From Magnetococcus sp. DMHC-6 (GTDB lineage Bacteria > Pseudomonadota > Magnetococcia > Magnetococcales > JADFZT01), in assembly GCA_039908535.1 (NCBI GenBank), contig JAMOAW010000006.1:1842-65841 (forward strand): a stretch of 64,000 nt of DNA, written 5' to 3'. A model generated the notes under the pieces. That model searched no databases and was not told the DNA's origin. It saw only the letters and a program-made list of their open reading frames with translations. The position numbers were made by a program, and so were the translations under genes. Position 1 is the first letter of the stretch; each line of letters starts with the position of its first letter. Positions 42,565 through 52,293 of the stretch are shown here, in pieces.

Positions 42565-43659
42565 TTAATAAATAAACTGACCTTTTTCATAACTTTTTTT
42601 AGATTTATTGCCAAGATAATTCCAGTAATAAATAGGTGTGATACCGGTTCCTGGTCTTTTAACCCCCAAATTTTGCTCTGTAAAACGCTCCCCCGCCTGA
42701 ATGGATTCTAAAGCGACCAAACTGCAACGCGCGACCTTGGCCATATCGATTTCACCAGGAGTAGGAATTTTACGTCCATCTCCTAAGGCCTGTTCCACCT
42801 CACGAATGGCCTGCACCATCTGTTTAAATGGCTCAGGTTCCAAAGAGGCGCGGTGATCTGGTCCCGCTAGGTTTTGATCCAAGGTCAGATGTTTTTCAAT
42901 CACCCGTGCTCCTTTGGCTACCGCAGCGATGGGAATCGCTATCCCCGCGCTATGATCGGAAAGGCCAACGGGCAAACCAAAGGTTTTTTCCAAAGTTTCC
43001 ATAGCCAAGAGGTTGATGGTATCTGCAGGAGCTGGATAGGCACTGGTACAATGCAATAGCGTCACCCGGCGCGCCACCCCCCTTTTTCCCACTTGGGATT
43101 GCAAATATTTATCTATCTTATGCAATTTAGGTGCCATTTTATTTTCTGTCATGGCAAAAGCCAATATTTGCAACGCCTGCTTGATCTCTTTCAAGGTACT
43201 CATCCCTGTCGAGAGGATAATGTCGCACCCACTTTGCCCAGCTTTGAACAAAAGAGGCCCATGGGTAATCGCCCCAGAGGAGAGTTTCAAGAGAGGAAGG
43301 TTCATCTCCTGAACCAAAAAGGCAAGAGTTGCCGTATCAAATGGGGTCGACAGGAATTTTATACCCACTTTGCGGCACTGCTCTGCCAATTGATGATGCG
43401 CAGCCGGGGAGAGTTCAAGTTTTTTGAGCATCTCCAGTTGGGATTCATCGGGCTGTGCGCTATTATATTGATAAACCGCCTTTGGGGCGTGGGCATCTAC
43501 CAAATTTTCTGCCTTAAAGGTCTGAAATTTAACCACGTCAGCCCCTGCCGCCCGGGCCGCATCCACCAATTGCAGGGCCATGGCGAGAGAACCATTGTGG
43601 TTGACTCCCGCTTCGGCAATGATTAAAACCGGTTTGTGTAAGGCGATGCTGGTCTTCAT
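42565..43659 (-). CDS. neuB: N-acetylneuraminate/legionaminate synthase family (NeuB-like) with C-terminal SAF domain
   Basis: The sequence LIIAEAGVNHNGSLAMALQLVDAARAAGADVVKFQTF is the NeuB signature. 364 aa. Confidence 0.85.
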   Translation of the reverse strand: MKTSIALHKPVLIIAEAGVNHNGSLAMALQLVDAARAAGADVVKFQTFKAENLVDAHAPKAVYQYNSAQPDESQLEMLKKLELSPAAHHQLAEQCRKVGIKFLSTPFDTATLAFLVQEMNLPLLKLSSGAITHGPLLFKAGQSGCDIILSTGMSTLKEIKQALQILAFAMTENKMAPKLHKIDKYLQSQVGKRGVARRVTLLHCTSAYPAPADTINLLAMETLEKTFGLPVGLSDHSAGIAIPIAAVAKGARVIEKHLTLDQNLAGPDHRASLEPEPFKQMVQAIREVEQALGDGRKIPTPGEIDMAKVARCSLVALESIQAGERFTEQNLGVKRPGTGITPIYYWNYLGNKSKKSYEKGQFIY

Positions 43660-44834
43660 AGATTCTCTGCTCGGGTTGGAATATCAAAAAATTTTTTATG
43701 GATTAACTCCGCAAAAGGGGTCTCGGTCAAAATTTGCACAATATACTGACTACTCTTTCCTGCCCCATAAGGAGAAACCACCTGAGTGATCCCCTGCTTG
43801 ATACCCGAAACAAGGGCCTGCTGAATCGCCTGCAGGATGGCTTGCGAATTTTCTTGACAATCGAAGACCGAGGTCGCCCGCAAACGACCTTTTTGCCGAT
43901 TGCCAATATTGACGGTAGGGGTCTGGAAAAAAGGTGCCTCAATCAAACCACTGGAAGAGTTGCCTAACACCACATCAAAAAGAGACAGGGCTGCCACGTA
44001 AAGTCGCGAGCCAAGGTTGGCAAACAGTGCGGTTCGGTGTGGATGACGATGCACATAATCCTCCAAACACTGATTCATCCGTCGTCCCCCAGCATCGGCA
44101 TTGGCCTTGGTGAATAGAATGTGCGCCTGTGGATAGGAGTCCAAGGCGGTCAATAAGGCCTCCATAACCGATACAGGATCATTATTTTCCAGGGTGACGG
44201 GATGGTAGGTCACCAAAAAGTTAAGCTCCCCCAATTGAAAGCCACTCTCTTCCTCCCACCGCGGTCGGGTCACTAAATCGGCAGAACGCAGTTGATCCAA
44301 CCCCAAAGCCCCCACATTAAAAACCCGATGAGGCTGTTCTCCCAGTTGAATCACCCGCTGCCGATAAGGCTCTGCCGCGACAAAATGGAGATGACTGATT
44401 TTGGTGAGCATATGCCGCATGACCTCGTCAATCGCCCCCTCGGTCGTCTCGCCGCCGTGAATATGGGCTATAGGAATACAGGCAGGCACTGCTGCCAAAG
44501 CAGCGGCCAATATTTCAAACCGATCCCCCAAAATTAATATCAAATCTGGTTGCAACCGCCCCCACACATCGGCAAACCCCGCCACCCCCAACGCCATGGA
44601 TTTAGCCGTACCAATCGGGGTATCGCTGTTGAGGAGTGTTTCAACCTGGGCATCGATCCCAAACCCATCTTGGACAATTTCCTGCCAAGTCAGGCCGAAG
44701 TCCGCACTTAAATGCATCCCAGTCACTGCCAGTTGCAAACTCAAACTCTGGGATTGCTGGATACAGCGCAACAACGGCTTAAAAATGCCATATTCGGCCC
44801 GTGAGCCAGTCACCACACAAATTTTTTTTTTCAT
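43656..44834 (-). CDS. neuC: UDP-N-acetylglucosamine 2-epimerase (hydrolysing), NeuC/LegG-like
   Basis: The N-terminus is MKKKICVVTGSRAEYGIFKPLL. HIHGGE is present. The stop overlaps the neuB start. Confidence 0.85.
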   Translation of the reverse strand: MKKKICVVTGSRAEYGIFKPLLRCIQQSQSLSLQLAVTGMHLSADFGLTWQEIVQDGFGIDAQVETLLNSDTPIGTAKSMALGVAGFADVWGRLQPDLILILGDRFEILAAALAAVPACIPIAHIHGGETTEGAIDEVMRHMLTKISHLHFVAAEPYRQRVIQLGEQPHRVFNVGALGLDQLRSADLVTRPRWEEESGFQLGELNFLVTYHPVTLENNDPVSVMEALLTALDSYPQAHILFTKANADAGGRRMNQCLEDYVHRHPHRTALFANLGSRLYVAALSLFDVVLGNSSSGLIEAPFFQTPTVNIGNRQKGRLRATSVFDCQENSQAILQAIQQALVSGIKQGITQVVSPYGAGKSSQYIVQILTETPFAELIHKKFFDIPTRAENL

Positions 44835-44839
44835 ATTTT

Positions 44840-45018
44840 GTAACCGTTCATATATTAATAAAAAAAAGGGGTCTGGGGGATTGCCCCCAGGGTTTTGTTT
44901 TTGACTTTGCTTTTGAATTTGCTTTTGAATTCGGTTTTGCTTTCTTCAAATAGCAGGGGGATTGGGGGATACAATCCCCCAAGGTATTGTTTTTGATATT
45001 TTTTATCTGAACGGTTAC
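44840..45018 (+). mobile_element. Family-2 MITE-like element (179 bp) with 11-bp perfect TIR and 8-bp flanking direct repeat
   Basis: The TIRs are GTAACCGTTCA (44840-44850) and TGAACGGTTAC (45008-45018). The flanks are CATATTTT (44832-44839) and CATTTTTT (45019-45026). Internally there are two G/C hairpins and ttgcttttga(a/c)tt short tandem units. Confidence 0.7.
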
Positions 45019-45178
45019 CATTTTTTATCTCATAACGTAAGGTTGTATGGCTAATTATGCAATTTAAAGTCCAATTTTATAGTTAAATAAGCCAATTTAT
45101 TTGAAATATTATTGACAATAGAGTGAACTATTTTGTATGCTTATTTAAAAAATAATCCTTATTTATCGAGACCATCCC

Positions 45179-45727
45179 ATGTCCATCACCTCTTTTAATG
45201 GCATTTTGCCTCGTATCGATCCCACCGCTTTTGTCCATCCCGATGCCATTATTATTGGGGATGTGCATATAGGTCCTGAATCTTCCATTTGGCCTGGTGT
45301 GGTGATACGTGGAGATGTCAATTTTATTCGTATTGGGACGCGAACCAACGTACAAGATGGATCCATTCTCCATGTTGCCCGTGTCACCACCGAACGACCA
45401 GAAGGTTTTCCATTGATCCTGGGCGACAACATCACCATTGGCCATAACGTCGTCTTGCATGGCTGTCGCGTAGAATCGGGATCTATGATTGCCATTGGTG
45501 CCATTGTTTTGGACGGTTCGGTGGTCGGCGCGGGGGCACTTCTTGGCGCGGGAAGCCTAGCAACACCAGGAAGCAAAATTGGCCCCGGCGAACTTTGGAT
45601 CGGCTCCCCAGCCCGACTGTTGCGTCCATTGACAGAAAAAGAACGTTTGGGCCTAGAGGATACCAATAAAAGCTATGCCAAATTGGCCAAACAATATCAA
45701 TTGATGGAAAGTTCCAACGACCCCTAA
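45179..45727 (+). CDS. Gamma-carbonic-anhydrase-family left-handed beta-helix protein (YrdA/PaaY-like)
   Basis: The sequence FVHPDAIIIGDVHIGPESSIWPGVVIRGDVNFIRIGTRTNVQDGSILH contains hexapeptide repeats and the conserved His ligand positions. Confidence 0.85.
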   Translation: MSITSFNGILPRIDPTAFVHPDAIIIGDVHIGPESSIWPGVVIRGDVNFIRIGTRTNVQDGSILHVARVTTERPEGFPLILGDNITIGHNVVLHGCRVESGSMIAIGAIVLDGSVVGAGALLGAGSLATPGSKIGPGELWIGSPARLLRPLTEKERLGLEDTNKSYAKLAKQYQLMESSNDP

Positions 45728-45877
45728 CAGCTCCATCTATCGACGATTGCTCCTTTGAGGCCATATAAAATCCGTCCCTTCTCAGAGGGATAAGGGTTGC
45801 GAAGGAGTACCCTAAAAAACATATATCGTTACTGTTTTATCCAAAAAAATCATCCCTAAAACGCCCTGCAAGACAAA

Positions 45878-46846
45878 TCACTCCGCGAACACCTCGTCCA
45901 CAGAATTGGCAAACACGAAGTTATCACTCCATCTTTCGATAAATTCCAAGCTCGCCGCCCTCACCTTTTCGGTTACCCAATCTGGTGTAGAGCCAAATTT
46001 GCGCCGCATCAGTTTGAGAAGCATGGAGGCAGCTTCTTCCTCCTGTCGACCAATTTGGATACCGATCAACTTACCCTTCTCTTCGCCAATCCGTTCCACA
46101 CTTGTAATATAAGGCATTTTTTTATTCTCCTCATAATTGGACAAATCTTCCCAAAACTGATTATCAAGTTCTGCTGGGAGGCTGAGTACCCAGTCGATGA
46201 ACCTGTAAAAATCAATAATTTCCTGGCGGTTGAATCCATGCTGGTACAGACTGCGCGTCATGCTCACTTTCTTTTTGAAACGCGCTTCTGGTTGGTTTTT
46301 GGTCTGTTTAGCGCACAAATGCGCCAGAGAGACGATGGCAAACGGGTTGTTAGACCTCTCCAGATCTGATAAATGATCCATATAGTCAAGCAATTTGATT
46401 GCGTTGAACCTGTATATCACTTCTGATCCAAACATTTCCTGTCGATACTCCGAAACCCGCCAGCTCTCTTCTTCATCCGCCAAAATCGCCAAACCGACTA
46501 CCGGCTTACGATGAAGGTCATATGCACGATACTGACAGGTATACATCCGCTCCGTAAATCCAATATCGCGGTCCCCCTGAATTTCAACATGGATCAAGAT
46601 CCAAAGCTCATCACCGTTGAGCAGCCACACCTTGACCAGAAGATCTACACGACGATTGCTCGATTTTGCCTCTTTTGTAATCCGGTCCAACTCTTTATCT
46701 AGAAACTCATGGTCACGTTGCCAATCGATTCCATCATGGGCTATCGGGAGAAAAAACGCTAAAAATTCTTTAAAGTATCCCTTCAAAACCTCCTTCCATG
46801 GGGAGTCGTACTCGGTCGTTTGACTCTGATGATCGTCATTGGTCAT
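45878..46846 (-). CDS. Rpn-family recombination-promoting nuclease / putative transposase with DUF4351-like C-terminus
   Basis: The sequences DSPWKEVLKGYFKEFLAFFLP...RRVDLLVKVWLLNGDELWILIHVEIQG form the nuclease core. The C-terminus is ASMLLKLMRRKFGSTPDWVTEKVRAASLEFIERWSD. Confidence 0.75.
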   Translation of the reverse strand: MTNDDHQSQTTEYDSPWKEVLKGYFKEFLAFFLPIAHDGIDWQRDHEFLDKELDRITKEAKSSNRRVDLLVKVWLLNGDELWILIHVEIQGDRDIGFTERMYTCQYRAYDLHRKPVVGLAILADEEESWRVSEYRQEMFGSEVIYRFNAIKLLDYMDHLSDLERSNNPFAIVSLAHLCAKQTKNQPEARFKKKVSMTRSLYQHGFNRQEIIDFYRFIDWVLSLPAELDNQFWEDLSNYEENKKMPYITSVERIGEEKGKLIGIQIGRQEEEAASMLLKLMRRKFGSTPDWVTEKVRAASLEFIERWSDNFVFANSVDEVFAE

Positions 46847-46989
46847 ACACGCATCCTTAACTCATGAATTTTTTATCAAGGAATAGATATTCGAGATACC
46901 AATCAATCCCATCATGGAGCACGGAAAAATTGCAATAATTTAGTCTGATGTCCCCAAAATTCCGCGACATCGTCATGTCGCAGAAAGCA

Positions 46990-47619
46990 TCAAGATCCAT
47001 CTCGCACAGGCCAGACATAGCGGGGAAACGTTAAATCACTGACGGACGCGCTGCCGCCGTTGAGGTTCACTAACCACGCGCCATTACCGCCGAGAGAACT
47101 CGACCAATAGGAGGAGTTCTGAACATTAATGAACAAAGACCTAATAGTAGGATGTTCTTTTATATAAAAAAGAAGTGATAATTCATAAGGATATTCATAT
47201 TTCGGTAACCGCCACTCACCTGCAGTTGAACCATCGGTCAAACCACAGGCTCCACTCGCTAGAGTAGCCGCTGCCGACATAGCTGAATCCCAATCCATCT
47301 CACCAAAACAGTTGGCATTGGCCAAATAAACTACACCAGTTGCTGCATAGGTGATAGTTCCGTTATAGTTATCGCAGAATCCATCTGTATTCGGCACTAT
47401 ACATGGGGGGTCTTGAGGAATATCTTCAAGAGTTCTAAGCCTTTTTTTTAATTCATTAATTTCTTTAACCAACACATCAAAATTCTCATTCACTTCCGAA
47501 GACATGATTTTCGTCCCAGATGTAAACGTATTCGGTATAGTCATATCTTCAGCAAACGTCACCCCAGTGCCCAAAAAAAGAGTAGCGACCAAGACAGATA
47601 CGGTTTTTAACATTTTCAT
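46990..47619 (-). CDS. Secreted DUF1566 (Lcl C-terminal-like) domain protein
   Basis: A signal peptide (MKMLKTVSVLVATLFLGTGVTFA) and a short coiled coil are present. The DUF1566-like motifs are WRLPKYEY...YWSSS...AWLVNLNGGS...VWPVRDG. Confidence 0.7.
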   Translation of the reverse strand: MKMLKTVSVLVATLFLGTGVTFAEDMTIPNTFTSGTKIMSSEVNENFDVLVKEINELKKRLRTLEDIPQDPPCIVPNTDGFCDNYNGTITYAATGVVYLANANCFGEMDWDSAMSAAATLASGACGLTDGSTAGEWRLPKYEYPYELSLLFYIKEHPTIRSLFINVQNSSYWSSSLGGNGAWLVNLNGGSASVSDLTFPRYVWPVRDGS

Positions 47620-48048
47620 TTTATATCTCCAAGAGCTCAATAATAAATTATGCTGGAAAGTAAAAAACAATTTTGTTCTTCTCGATTTTTTTAACAGAAA
47701 CGATCAATTTCCGCCTTCTTCTAAGTAAAACGCCATTATCGTAGACTTTCAGAGACATCCGACTAAATCCCCCTTAACTTCCGCAAAAATCCATGGGACA
47801 TATTTTTCCAACTTCACCGACTACTAAAATTTTCAAATTATAAAATTAAAATATTATACAAATTTAAAATAACAAATCAAATGTAAAGATATATCCACAT
47901 AAAAAAATCATCTAATGAAAATTGATCAGAGATCGACTTGAAAAAACTTGTCAACCAAAAACATTGAAAAAAGTTTTATCATGCCTCCCTGGCTCATTTC
48001 GCCAACAACCTCAAAATATTTACCCCTTTCACATCTACCCCTAATGGC

Positions 48049-51000
48049 TCAATCCATCGACTGTTGCTCTTTTGGATCTATATAAACCCGCACCTTCTCT
48101 AAATAGAGATAAATCACCGGCGTAATATAAAGGGTCAACCACTGAGAGAGAATCAATCCTCCCACTACGGCAAGCCCCAAGGGCTGGCGAGCCTCTCCTC
48201 CGGCTCCTAAACCAAAGGCAATGGGCATGGTGCCCACTAGGGCGGCCATGGTGGTCATCATGATAGGACGAAAACGCACCAAACCGGCTTGACGAATGGC
48301 CTCCAAAGGGGTGAGCTTCCCGGTACGACGGGCCTCAATGGCAAAGTCAATCATCATAATAGCGTTTTTCTTGACAATACCAATCAGCATCATCAACCCA
48401 ACGAAACCATACAAATTCAACTCTATCTGAAACATTTTCAGGGTAAGTAACGCCCCTAACCCCGCCGCTGGCAGACCCGACAAAATGGTCAGCGGATGGA
48501 TGTAACTTTCATAAAGAATGCCCAACACCAGATAAATCACCAACACCGCCAACCCCAACAACCACCCCAATCCAGAGAGAGAAGATTGAAACACTTGGGC
48601 TGTCCCTTGAAAATTGGCGGCAATGGCCAAAGGCATCCCTATCTGGTCTCTGGCTTGATCAATGGCCTCCATGGCCTGATTTAAAGAAAACCCAGGGGCA
48701 AGATCAAAAGAGAGTGTAACAGCGGGCATCTGTCCCCGATGGGAAATGGCCGCCGGTCCGACGCTACGAGAAACTCGCACCACCGCATCCAAAGGCACTA
48801 AAACATTATTGGCACCCCGCACCTGCACCAAAGACAATACCGATGGATCGGTTTTGTACGGATCGTCCAATTCCAACAGCAAGGCATATTGATTGCTGGG
48901 AGCGTACAAAGTGGAGATCTGCTTGGGTCCAAAAGCGGCATAAAGGCTCATCTCCAATCGCTGGGGCGAAATTCCCAAGGTGGCGGCTTTGTCTCGGTCG
49001 ATCTCCACTAACAGTTGCGCCTTGGCCAACTGCATGTCATTGGTGACATTTTGAAAGCCTGGCAACTGGCGCAAAGCGTTTTCAACCTTCTGAGCCCAAG
49101 AAAAAAGTTCATCGGTATCGGTCCCTTGCAGGGTGTATTGATATTGACTCTTGGTGAGTTGGGTGCCAATACGAATCACAGGTAAATTTTGCATAAAAGC
49201 CTTAATCCCGGGAATCTTCGCAAGCTTTGGCCGCAACCGCTTGACAATCACATCCGCATGGTCGCGCTCATTCATGGGCTTCAACCGCACAAAAACACGG
49301 CCATTATTGAGCGCAGACTGGGAATTACCCCCCCCAATAAAGGACATAGTGGCCAATACCCCAGGATCCGCGCCAATAATCTCTACCACCTGCCGTTGCC
49401 GCTCACTCATCGCCGTAAAACCTATGTCTTGTTCGGTCTCGGTCATACAAAATATTTGCCCGGTATCTTCGCTGGGTAAAAATCCAATGGCCATATCTCG
49501 ACCCACCTGCACCGACCACCCCACCATGCACACAAAAAACAACAGAACCCACCGACGGTGCCGCAACGACCAATCCAACGAGTTGGCATACCCACGCCGC
49601 AAAGCCAAAAAAAATCGCTCACTGCCCCGAATAATAAAATTGGCCCGCCCCAACGTCTCAGGCTTAAGAAAACGAGAACAAAGCATCGGCGTAAGAGAAA
49701 GAGAAACCACCCCAGAAAGCGTCACCGTGGCGATAATGGCCACTGCAAATTCATGCAAAAGCCGACCTAAAATCCCTCCCATAAAAAGAACAGGTATAAA
49801 AACAGCCACCAATGACAACGTCATTGAAACAATCGTAAAAGCAATTTGACGGCCACCAATCAACGTGGCTTGCCAAGGGGTTTTCCCCTCCTCCATATTG
49901 CGGGTGATGTTTTCCAACATGACAATGGCATCATCCACCACAAAACCAACCGATAAGGTCAACGCCATCAGGGAGATAATATTGATGCTCATGTCTAAAT
50001 AGAACATCAATGGAAAAATACCCACCAAGGAGATGGGCAAAGCCAAACTTGGAATCAACGTCGCAGAGGCGTTGCCTAAAAAAAGATAGATCACCCCCAC
50101 CACCAAAACCAACGAAAAAAGCAGGGTCAACTGCACGTCCCGTACCGACTCACGAATCGTGAGAGAACGATCATATAAAACCGCCAAGTCAGCGGCAGCT
50201 GGCAACTGTTGACGCAAATTGGGAACAATCGCCTGGATGGCATCGGCCACGGCAATGGTATTGGAACCAGGCTGGCGCTGAATGGCCAAAACCACACCAC
50301 GGGTGGCATTAAACCAAGCCGCCACCAAATCGTTTTCTGGACCATCCACCACTGAAGCCACCTCCTCTAAACGCAAAGGGCGGCCCTCTTTTTGGGCAAT
50401 GACAATGGAACGATAACTTTTGGCCGTCGGCGGACGATCTGGGGTATCCAAAGAGGTCAACCGATTGGAATTCAACAAATAACCAGTTGGCAAATTAGGG
50501 TTATTCTGTTGAATGGCCGTCTCCACATCCTCCAAAGAAAGACCATTAACCGCCAAAGCATACGGATTCACCTTAACCCGCACCGCAGGGTTTTGTTGTC
50601 CATAAATACTCACCTGCGCCACACCTGGAAGGGTAGAAATGCGTTGCGAAAGGGTGGTATTGGCAAATTCTGAAAGTTCGGTCAGGGGCAAAATTTCCGA
50701 AGTGAGAGCCAGATAAAAAATGGGCATCTCCGCCGGATTGACCTTGCGGTAAAACGGGGGAATGGTCATATTGTTGGGCAGACGCCGCTGGGCCGACGAG
50801 AGGGCCGCCTGCACATCCTGGGCGGCGGCGTCGATCTCCCGATCCAGGTTAAACTGCAACGAAATCTGGGTCGTTCCCAAACCGCTGGTGGAGGTCATGG
50901 ACTCCACCCCGGCGATGGTGGAAAACTCTTTCTCCAGGGGCAAGGCCACCGAGTTGGCCATAGTGCTTGGTGCGGCTCCAGTAAGGGTCGCCGAAATCTG

Positions 51001-51135
51001 TAAGGTGGGATAATCCACCGTGGGCAAAGCCGCCACAGGCAGCAAGCGATAGCTCAACACGCCAAAAAGAAAGAGTGCGACCATAGTCAGCACCGTGGTG
51101 ACCGGACGATGGACAAAAAAAGCGGTTATATTCAT
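48049..51135 (-). CDS. RND efflux transporter permease (AcrB/MdtB/MdtC family)
   Basis: 1028 aa with the 12-TM RND architecture. The N-terminus is FFVHRPVTTVLTMVALFLFG, and the conserved TM4 region is VGFVVDDAIVMLENI. Confidence 0.95.
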   Translation of the reverse strand: MNITAFFVHRPVTTVLTMVALFLFGVLSYRLLPVAALPTVDYPTLQISATLTGAAPSTMANSVALPLEKEFSTIAGVESMTSTSGLGTTQISLQFNLDREIDAAAQDVQAALSSAQRRLPNNMTIPPFYRKVNPAEMPIFYLALTSEILPLTELSEFANTTLSQRISTLPGVAQVSIYGQQNPAVRVKVNPYALAVNGLSLEDVETAIQQNNPNLPTGYLLNSNRLTSLDTPDRPPTAKSYRSIVIAQKEGRPLRLEEVASVVDGPENDLVAAWFNATRGVVLAIQRQPGSNTIAVADAIQAIVPNLRQQLPAAADLAVLYDRSLTIRESVRDVQLTLLFSLVLVVGVIYLFLGNASATLIPSLALPISLVGIFPLMFYLDMSINIISLMALTLSVGFVVDDAIVMLENITRNMEEGKTPWQATLIGGRQIAFTIVSMTLSLVAVFIPVLFMGGILGRLLHEFAVAIIATVTLSGVVSLSLTPMLCSRFLKPETLGRANFIIRGSERFFLALRRGYANSLDWSLRHRRWVLLFFVCMVGWSVQVGRDMAIGFLPSEDTGQIFCMTETEQDIGFTAMSERQRQVVEIIGADPGVLATMSFIGGGNSQSALNNGRVFVRLKPMNERDHADVIVKRLRPKLAKIPGIKAFMQNLPVIRIGTQLTKSQYQYTLQGTDTDELFSWAQKVENALRQLPGFQNVTNDMQLAKAQLLVEIDRDKAATLGISPQRLEMSLYAAFGPKQISTLYAPSNQYALLLELDDPYKTDPSVLSLVQVRGANNVLVPLDAVVRVSRSVGPAAISHRGQMPAVTLSFDLAPGFSLNQAMEAIDQARDQIGMPLAIAANFQGTAQVFQSSLSGLGWLLGLAVLVIYLVLGILYESYIHPLTILSGLPAAGLGALLTLKMFQIELNLYGFVGLMMLIGIVKKNAIMMIDFAIEARRTGKLTPLEAIRQAGLVRFRPIMMTTMAALVGTMPIAFGLGAGGEARQPLGLAVVGGLILSQWLTLYITPVIYLYLEKVRVYIDPKEQQSMD

Positions 51136-51144
51136 ATTGGCTCT

Positions 51145-52293
51145 TTACAATGCGCCATGATTCTCCCCTACCTTTTCCGTAGCCTGTATAATCTCCACTT
51201 GCGCCCCAGGCTTGAGACGCCACTGCCCCACGGTGACCACCTCCTCCCCCACGCTAACCCCCTCACGGACCACCACCCACTCTTTATCTTCCTGGGCAAT
51301 GGTGAGAGAACGTAACGTCACCCTCTTGTCAGAATTGACCACATAGACAAAAGGGCCTTGACCTCCAGTTTGCACGGCCTGGGCCGGAATTAACAAAGCG
51401 TCGGGACGGTCGGCCAGTTTGACGGTGAGGGTAAGAAACATGCCTGGCCACAGGCGGTGTTCTAAATTACGCGCCTGAGCCTTCAATCGCACCGTACCGG
51501 TTTGCCGATCAATATGATTATCCAGCGCAAGCAGACGCGCTTCCACAGGTTGAGAGCTCTCATGATTGGGAAAAATTTGTAATTCCAAAGGAGCCTTGGC
51601 TTGATTTTCTCGAATAACAGAAAGATATTGCTCCGCCACCGTAAAAGTGATGCAAATAGGATCCCATTGGCTGATCTCCACCAAAGGATTGGTGTCATTG
51701 GCCTTCACCAAGTTCCCCGATTGCATCCAAATGCGCCCCGCCATGCCAGAGATTGGGGCGGTGATATGGGTAAAAGAGAGTTGAAGTTCTCCTTCAGCCA
51801 CCGCCCCTCGGTCCGCCGCCACCGTTGCCTCCAGGGCTTGACGGCTGGTGACCTGCGTGGTAAGCAGCTCCTCAGAACTAAATTTTTCTTTGTTCAATAC
51901 CAATTGCCGACGTTCCTTGGCACGGGCATTCTCCAAAAGAGCCAAGTCGCGCTCCAGGTTGGCCTTTAACTGGGTCAGACGATGTCGGTAAAGACGATCA
52001 TCCAAATCAAACAGCAAACTCCCCTGGACCACCTCCTGACCATCGGCAAGATAAACTTTAACGATCTCTCCATCCACCCGGGATTTTACCCCCACCGAAT
52101 GGCAACTCTCGGCATTCCCCATGGCATGAAGGGTCATGGGATTATTTTTTTGCACCACCAAAGCGGTCGTAACCGGTACCAAGTCACTCCCCTTTCCGCC
52201 CTTCACGGCCTCCTCTTTAGAACAGGAGGTTATGCAAATATCAGATAAAAACAATAGCAATGCAACAAAAAACCGCTTTCGCGCCATTTCCAT
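51145..52293 (-). CDS. RND periplasmic adaptor (membrane fusion protein) lipoprotein
   Basis: The lipobox is ITSC. The order biotinyl-lipoyl-like, alpha-hairpin, then beta-barrel domains is typical of AcrA/MdtA. It lies 9 nt upstream of the RND pump gene. Confidence 0.9.
   Translation of the reverse strand: MEMARKRFFVALLLFLSDICITSCSKEEAVKGGKGSDLVPVTTALVVQKNNPMTLHAMGNAESCHSVGVKSRVDGEIVKVYLADGQEVVQGSLLFDLDDRLYRHRLTQLKANLERDLALLENARAKERRQLVLNKEKFSSEELLTTQVTSRQALEATVAADRGAVAEGELQLSFTHITAPISGMAGRIWMQSGNLVKANDTNPLVEISQWDPICITFTVAEQYLSVIRENQAKAPLELQIFPNHESSQPVEARLLALDNHIDRQTGTVRLKAQARNLEHRLWPGMFLTLTVKLADRPDALLIPAQAVQTGGQGPFVYVVNSDKRVTLRSLTIAQEDKEWVVVREGVSVGEEVVTVGQWRLKPGAQVEIIQATEKVGENHGAL

Noticed and set aside
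49151-49849. 232-aa plus-strand ORF, with several shorter ones, inside the RND pump gene
   Set aside because: It is antisense to a 1028-aa ORF with unmistakable RND features. The composition is Arg/Pro/Ser-rich shadow sequence.
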